A DNA stretch of 64,000 bases from assembly GCA_027083345.1 (NCBI GenBank), contig JALWOZ010000008.1, positions 5,006-69,005 on the forward strand, given 5' to 3'. The DNA is from Candidatus Kaiserbacteria bacterium (GTDB taxonomy: Bacteria; Patescibacteriota; Minisyncoccia; Phycocordibacterales; UBA2100). Numbering within the stretch: position 1 is the stretch's first letter; each line of letters begins with the position of its first letter. The position numbers were made by a program, and so were the translations under genes. Positions 58,833 through 64,000 of this stretch are shown here, piece after piece. The notes beneath the pieces are model-generated. The model saw only the letters and a list, made by a program, of their open reading frames with translations. It was not told the origin of the DNA and ran no database searches.

Positions 58833-61800
58833 TTATAATGACCTCACTCCGTAACTTGTTGAGTATGAGCCACTTGTTGTACCGACCGGTACTTTCATCT
58901 CTACATATACTGTTACCTGGCGACCTCCCTTGCTTGCATCTTCATCAATTGCTGATACGTCGATGTTTGTAGCTGGATACGCTCCATTTGCTGTAATAGC
59001 TGTCCAAGTTGCGTCATCTACTGAGTAGCGCATATTGTTTGCCGCGTCAAGCGTATTTGTGCCACTTACCCATTGGTCAAACTTCATTGCAAGGTTAGTC
59101 TCTGTAAGGTTATTAAGTGTGATGTTGAACTTCCACTTCCAACCATTTGCATAAGTGTCGTCTGCCACAGCGTAGCTCTTTATAGCCTGTATTGAGTCTA
59201 CTGAGAGTCCTGTACTTGATGCCGCTGTAGTAAAGCTCATTGGTATTGAGTAACTTGTCTGACCATTTTTTACAAAGCGTACTTGGTAGTAGTAAGTAGT
59301 GTTTGCAGTTAGGCCACTTAGAGCTTGTGAACCACTTGCTCCACCTATTGTCATAGCTGTCCAAGTGCCACTATATGGTGTGATTGCCACGCGATAGTCT
59401 CCGCTTGCCGGTGTAGCGTCTGTCGCCCAGTCTATCTGTGCAGATGTATCTGCCACAGCTGATACTGAGAGCCCTGTTAGGTTGATAGCCCCACCTTGTG
59501 CTGTCTGCTGTGTGTAAACCTTTACACGCTCGTTGCCTGCTGAATCCTTTACACTTACTCGTACATAGTAGAGCGTATCTGACGTTAGTCCACTTACTGT
59601 CTTTGAAAGAGGCCCTGCAGCATACGCTGCACTGTATGCAACTGTCTGGTCTATTGAACCAAAGTTTGAGTCAGTGTCTACCTCTATCTTAACGTCGAAG
59701 CTCTCGTCGGCAGATGTAACTACGTCGAATCCTGCACTAACTACATTTGCAAAGCTTGATGTAAAATCAGGTGCTGTAGTATCTAAACATGCTGAAGTTG
59801 TAAATGTTGCATTGCTTGTTGGAGTTGCAAGATTACCACTTGCATCCCTAGCTGCTACTTGGAAGTTATATGTAGTACCGCATGCTAGTCCACCAAGTGT
59901 AATACCGTTGTTACCATTTGACATTGTTTGCCATGTTGTAACATTACCATAGCTACTTGTTGTTCCGTAGCTTACCTTTGCTTCTCCTGCCTCGTCGGAA
60001 GTGAAATTAATTGATGCGCCAGTTTGAGTTATAGCTGTTACAGCCGGAGATGTAAGAGCTATTGTTGGTGCTGTTGTGTCGTTAGGATTTACGACATGTA
60101 CTGTTAGTGAAGCATCTTTTTCATTGCCCACTGCGTCTTTGACTGTAATGTTGAAGTTGTGAACTCCAGCAGACATTGATGAATCTGAGTACGTAACAGT
60201 AAGTGTTGTTCCAGATAGGTTTATGCTTGTGTTTGCCGAAGCCTTAACATCAGACCCGTCCATTGTGAAGCTCACTACATTATTTCCTGCAGTGGCATCA
60301 AATGCCGTATCATCTGTAAAGGTAAACACTACATCCGACACGCTTCCAACTGTTTGCTCTATACTTGGTGCTGTGCTTGTTAGAGTAGGTGCTGTTGTAT
60401 CTGTCGCTGTTGCTGACTCATCCACGGTAAGAATACCACTTTGAACTCCGTTGTTGCTGAGATCGTATGCTTCTGCGTAGTATTTTGTTTGAACACCTTG
60501 TGGTAGGTTTACCAAGACCTCCCAATGCCCTTCTGTAGGACCAAAGGTAAATGTGCCTACTTCTACATCGTTTGTTCCAGATGGCGATCCTCCAACCATG
60601 CGGAATACCTTAACGAGTTTGTAATTTGAGTCAGTTACATTACCTGTGATATTGTATGTGTCTGCGTCAATGTTTACTGTTGTTCCAGCTCCGTCTAATG
60701 TGATAACCGGTGCAGTAGTGTCGCTGGAGACACTAAGCGTCTCTGTTAAGATATCGTTTGAGCCATTACTGTCTTTATCAAGTGGCTCGTCATTAACAGT
60801 ATCTTTACCGACAACATAAACATTGTAAGTATTTCCTCCGGCTACACCAGGTATCGCGCTTGGCACAATTGTCTTTTTGTATGTCTTTGTTTTGCCACCG
60901 TTTGAGATTTGGTCTTCTGTCATTGCCCCAAGGTCAACTGCTGAGCCACCCACTTCAATATAGAGCTCAGCTCCGTTTGGTGCCACATCGTCATTTACCG
61001 TAGCGGTAATCACTACCGGTATATTCATTCCCGCTGCAGCAGGTGTAACTTCAAGTCCTGTTGTTTGCGGATAAGTTGAATCCACAACCACATCCATAAC
61101 AAGCCCGGAAAGAATGTGCATCACATTTCCGCTTGTGTCTTGCGCGTCGTTATTTGAATGGAATGTGTATGTTCCGCTTGCAGGAGTTCCTGACTCTATA
61201 TGTGCAGTTGCACCATGGGTAGAATCAAAGTATGTGCCTGTCCACTTGTTGCCCGTAAAGTAATTTGTGGCAGCTGGAGATGTTGCCGCTATCTCATGCC
61301 CGGCAACACCAAACAATGAGGGGAAACCTAATGTTCCAGATCCAGTAAGAGTATGTGCTCCCGTCTCCATATCCTCAGAGAAAGTAAGTGTCACATTTAC
61401 ACTATCACCAATACCAGCTGGGTTAGCTACAGCGCTGAATGCAGTAAGCACTGGCTGTGCACCATCTGTAATTGCTGTATTTGTCTGAGCAACTGCTTGG
61501 TTGTTCATCCAGTCTTTTACAACTCCTGCGACATAAGTAATGTCTAGGGGTGCTGTAGTTTGATCTACGTCTGATGAATCCAAAGATAACCCGATTATTT
61601 TATTATTGGTTGGGTTTGCAGGACCATTTGGTACCGTTACGCTTGACACTGTAATTTCTGCACCATTTGGTGCCACTTTAACTGTGTAATCACTGCCCGT
61701 AGTTGAGCTAGTTGTCACATCCTCAGAGTACACAAGAGTCATTATTGCAGTGTTACCACTTCCGTCTCCGGTTGTCTTTGTTAGTGGGTCTGCTGTGAGA

Positions 61801-64000
61801 AGTACCGGCGCTGCCTTGTCCACAATCTCTGCATGTACCTGCGATATGAGAGTGTTATTTATATTACTTGCAGAATCTTGTAGGGAGAATGAATTTTGAG
61901 TGTCAAATGTGATACTTACAGTATCATCACGAGTGTCTACAGGAGTCGCCGGTGTACCAAGAGGTATTGTCACATCACTTCCACCAACTGTAAGTAAGTC
62001 TGTTGCATTAGATCCAAATGCCATATTTGTAAAGTCTCCAACACTTGTAAATACAAGATCATTAGCACTTAGAAAAGAAGATGCTGTGACATATTCTGAG
62101 AAGAGCAATTTAACACTATCAATTTTACCATCCCCATTACCATCAAGATATTGAAGCTCTTTGATTTGCGGTTTTGCCTTATCATTTGCATAAACTGCAC
62201 TTATGTCTGCTAACTTATTGCCAGCCGGGTCTTTAATATCGTCGCCTCCATCGTTTGTATACTTGTAGTGCATTTTATGTGTACCAGAAACAACTGATGG
62301 CACTGAATTAAAGTATAGTTTTGCATAATCATCATAAGAGTCATGGTCAACAGCAAGAACATCTACTTGCTCACTGAATTGATCAAAGTTCTCCCATGTA
62401 TTAGCCCCATCTGAGCTTAATGCCCAGTCCGCTACCGCATTGGATGTAAATGTAGCATCATCCATATACTCTGAGAATTGAAGCTCGAGAGTATCTACGA
62501 TTCCGTCCGGAGATGTACCTCTGTCAACAGTTGCTGTGTCTATTACAACCGGTGCTGCGGCGTCAACCATTGTAGTTGCCCCTGAGGCTATCGCTGTCCA
62601 TAGGTTGCCTGCGGCATCTTGCAACGTGTCTGTAGTGTTGTAAGTGTAAGACCATGTTGGCTCTGAACCTCCATTTGCTCCCGTTTGGTTTGTGGTCGCG
62701 CCTGCTGTGGTAAAGAATACATTGTCATCTCCATCTCCAACACCCCCAATTGCGTTAGGGTTTGTAAATCCCGTAAGAGCTCCCGATGAAGTAATTGCTG
62801 TTCCGGCCTCTATGTTTCCAAAAGATCCATGCGGCGTAATTGATATGTCTTCAGAGAAATACACCCTAAACCTATCCACACTTGATAGAGCTGACGGGTC
62901 GTTGAAGTACTCAGTCTTAATGGCAACGGGAGCTGCACCATCTGCCGGTGTGCTGTGGCTACCCGGGTCAGCTTGAGTAAGCTCATTTCCAGGTAGGTCT
63001 TTTACAGATTGACCAGATGATATTGCCATAAGAGGAGTTGCGTCTGTGTCCGGAGTGCCGCTCTCGGGCATTGCCAGAGTTACAAATCCTGCAGGTGCTT
63101 CTATTGCCGTTGTTATAGGCGTATGTCCGTTAACCGTAAAATCACCAGCTCCCAGCGCACCACCGTCTATATCCTCAGAAAATTGCACATACATTGTGTC
63201 TATCTGCCCATTGCTATCCGCATCATCTGTTTTTGAACCAACTATAGCAGGTTTTGCCCCGTCTGTCGCCGGAGCTGAAGCATACGCATTTGCAATATTT
63301 GTTGCAGGGTCCGCAAGAGTGCCCGGAGTGTAGGCGACATTTGATGTATCGTCTGTGTCACAACCTGTCTGGTCTGTGAAATCACAAGTATTTGCATTTT
63401 CTGTTACAGGTATTGTGAATGTATCATCTGTATTTGTTGTTGTGCTCCATGTACCGTTCGCTCCCAAAGTGTAAGAACCGTATGTGAAGCCCGTTGTGCT
63501 AGTGATTGAGTTGTCCATAGTCTCGTCAAACACAACTATAAGCTGATCTACCTTACCGTTACCATCTGAGTCGTTTGTAGTGGCTGATGATATTGTTGGT
63601 TTTGTATTATCAACCGTAAAGGCCGCGTCACTCTCATCGTTGATTGCCGGAGAGTTTACAACTACTTTTATCAAGCCGTTTGCTGACTCTGTGTTAGGAA
63701 TTGCCGTCGTATCCCAAGACCATGTGCCAACACTTGCTGTTATAGAACTGCCGGTGTATCCAACACCTTCCCATGTTGTACCTCCGTCTGGAGAATACAA
63801 AATGTCATTGACCGTAGTATCTGAACATTTTGGAGATACCCCATCGTCAGTACATATCCAAGTGATGCTTTGTGTAGCGTTCCAAGCTTCACCTCCGTTT
63901 GGAGCTGTTACTGTCACACTGCTAATAGCAGCACTGGCAGTTTGTGCCATTGCGAAAAGCGCAACGGCAAATATCGCCATTGTTATTGTAGCAACTGTTT
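58833..64000 (-). CDS. Giant secreted multi-Ig/FN3 surface protein, more than 1715 aa; start probably just beyond the window
   Basis: Frame is open to the window edge (..TVATITMAIFAVALFAMAQTASA signal peptide). PNGGE domain, repeated D-x-D-x-[ND]-G-x-[IV]-D and FSE modules, three FN3 (GL..T.Y..V); no TM anchor. Confidence 0.9.
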   Translation of the reverse strand, partial: TVATITMAIFAVALFAMAQTASAAISSVTVTAPNGGEAWNATQSITWICTDDGVSPKCSDTTVNDILYSPDGGTTWEGVGYTGSSITASVGTWSWDTTAIPNTESANGLIKVVVNSPAINDESDAAFTVDNTKPTISSATTNDSDGNGKVDQLIVVFDETMDNSITSTTGFTYGSYTLGANGTWSTTTNTDDTFTIPVTENANTCDFTDQTGCDTDDTSNVAYTPGTLADPATNIANAYASAPATDGAKPAIVGSKTDDADSNGQIDTMYVQFSEDIDGGALGAGDFTVNGHTPITTAIEAPAGFVTLAMPESGTPDTDATPLMAISSGQSVKDLPGNELTQADPGSHSTPADGAAPVAIKTEYFNDPSALSSVDRFRVYFSEDISITPHGSFGNIEAGTAITSSGALTGFTNPNAIGGVGDGDDNVFFTTAGATTNQTGANGGSEPTWSYTYNTTDTLQDAAGNLWTAIASGATTMVDAAAPVVIDTATVDRGTSPDGIVDTLELQFSEYMDDATFTSNAVADWALSSDGANTWENFDQFSEQVDVLAVDHDSYDDYAKLYFNSVPSVVSGTHKMHYKYTNDGGDDIKDPAGNKLADISAVYANDKAKPQIKELQYLDGNGDGKIDSVKLLFSEYVTASSFLSANDLVFTSVGDFTNMAFGSNATDLLTVGGSDVTIPLGTPATPVDTRDDTVSITFDTQNSFSLQDSASNINNTLISQVHAEIVDKAAPVLLTADPLTKTTGDGSGNTAIMTLVYSEDVTTSSTTGSDYTVKVAPNGAEITVSSVTVPNGPANPTNNKIIGLSLDSSDVDQTTAPLDITYVAGVVKDWMNNQAVAQTNTAITDGAQPVLTAFSAVANPAGIGDSVNVTLTFSEDMETGAHTLTGSGTLGFPSLFGVAGHEIAATSPAATNYFTGNKWTGTYFDSTHGATAHIESGTPASGTYTFHSNNDAQDTSGNVMHILSGLVMDVVVDSTYPQTTGLEVTPAAAGMNIPVVITATVNDDVAPNGAELYIEVGGSAVDLGAMTEDQISNGGKTKTYKKTIVPSAIPGVAGGNTYNVYVVGKDTVNDEPLDKDSNGSNDILTETLSVSSDTTAPVITLDGAGTTVNIDADTYNITGNVTDSNYKLVKVFRMVGGSPSGTNDVEVGTFTFGPTEGHWEVLVNLPQGVQTKYYAEAYDLSNNGVQSGILTVDESATATDTTAPTLTSTAPSIEQTVGSVSDVVFTFTDDTAFDATAGNNVVSFTMDGSDVKASANTSINLSGTTLTVTYSDSSMSAGVHNFNITVKDAVGNEKDASLTVHVVNPNDTTAPTIALTSPAVTAITQTGASINFTSDEAGEAKVSYGTTSSYGNVTTWQTMSNGNNGITLGGLACGTTYNFQVAARDASGNLATPTSNATFTTSACLDTTAPDFTSSFANVVSAGFDVVTSADESFDVKIEVDTDSNFGSIDQTVAYSAAYAAGPLSKTVSGLTSDTLYYVRVSVKDSAGNERVKVYTQQTAQGGAINLTGLSVSAVADTSAQIDWATDATPASGDYRVAITPYSGTWTAMTIGGASGSQALSGLTANTTYYYQVRFVKNGQTSYSIPMSFTTAASSTGLSVDSIQAIKSYAVADDTYANGWKWKFNITLNNLTETNLAMKFDQWVSGTNTLDAANNMRYSVDDATWTAITANGAYPATNIDVSAIDEDASKGGRQVTVYVEMKVPVGTTSGSYSTSYGVRSL

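Noticed and set aside
59113-63333. Many short ORFs overlapping the giant gene, and similar antisense ORFs over other long genes
   Set aside because: Shadow frames with no recognisable motifs or independent expression signals.
1-64000. Alternative genetic code (TGA=Gly, as in Gracilibacteria/Absconditabacteria)
   Set aside because: Conserved genes are full-length under code 11 and ybeY ends properly at TGA.

Overview
AT-rich bacterial chromosome segment using the standard genetic code (TGA acts as a stop). The gene set and protein style point to Patescibacteria/CPR, probably Parcubacteria; this is inference. Housekeeping genes: partial thrS, rpsA, pth, lepB, rpsU-like, ybeY, ftsA, S41 protease, lepA, murJ, mnmA, tRNA-Glu(CTC), rplY, infC-rpmI-rplT, ndk, pepF, rplU, uppP. 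Accessory parts: (1) a 2-8 kb cell-surface cluster with a sortase, two proteins sharing an APYTG-TM-basic sorting signal, a Lys/Tyr repeat protein and an L,D-transpeptidase; (2) a ~600-nt GC-rich unit whose coding region is a chain of hairpins; (3) a ~7.3-kb serine-recombinase element at the tRNA-Glu 3' end, whose integrase C-terminus is supplied by the tRNA antisense strand, carrying TerS-like, KAP NTPase and structured-RNA cargo; (4) an orphan PemK/MazF toxin behind a multibranched RNA; (5) a mosaic glycosyltransferase locus; (6) a giant secreted Ig/FN3 protein, a dockerin adaptor and a membrane-anchored cohesin in one operon. All family calls come from motif recognition by eye; no database searches were run.
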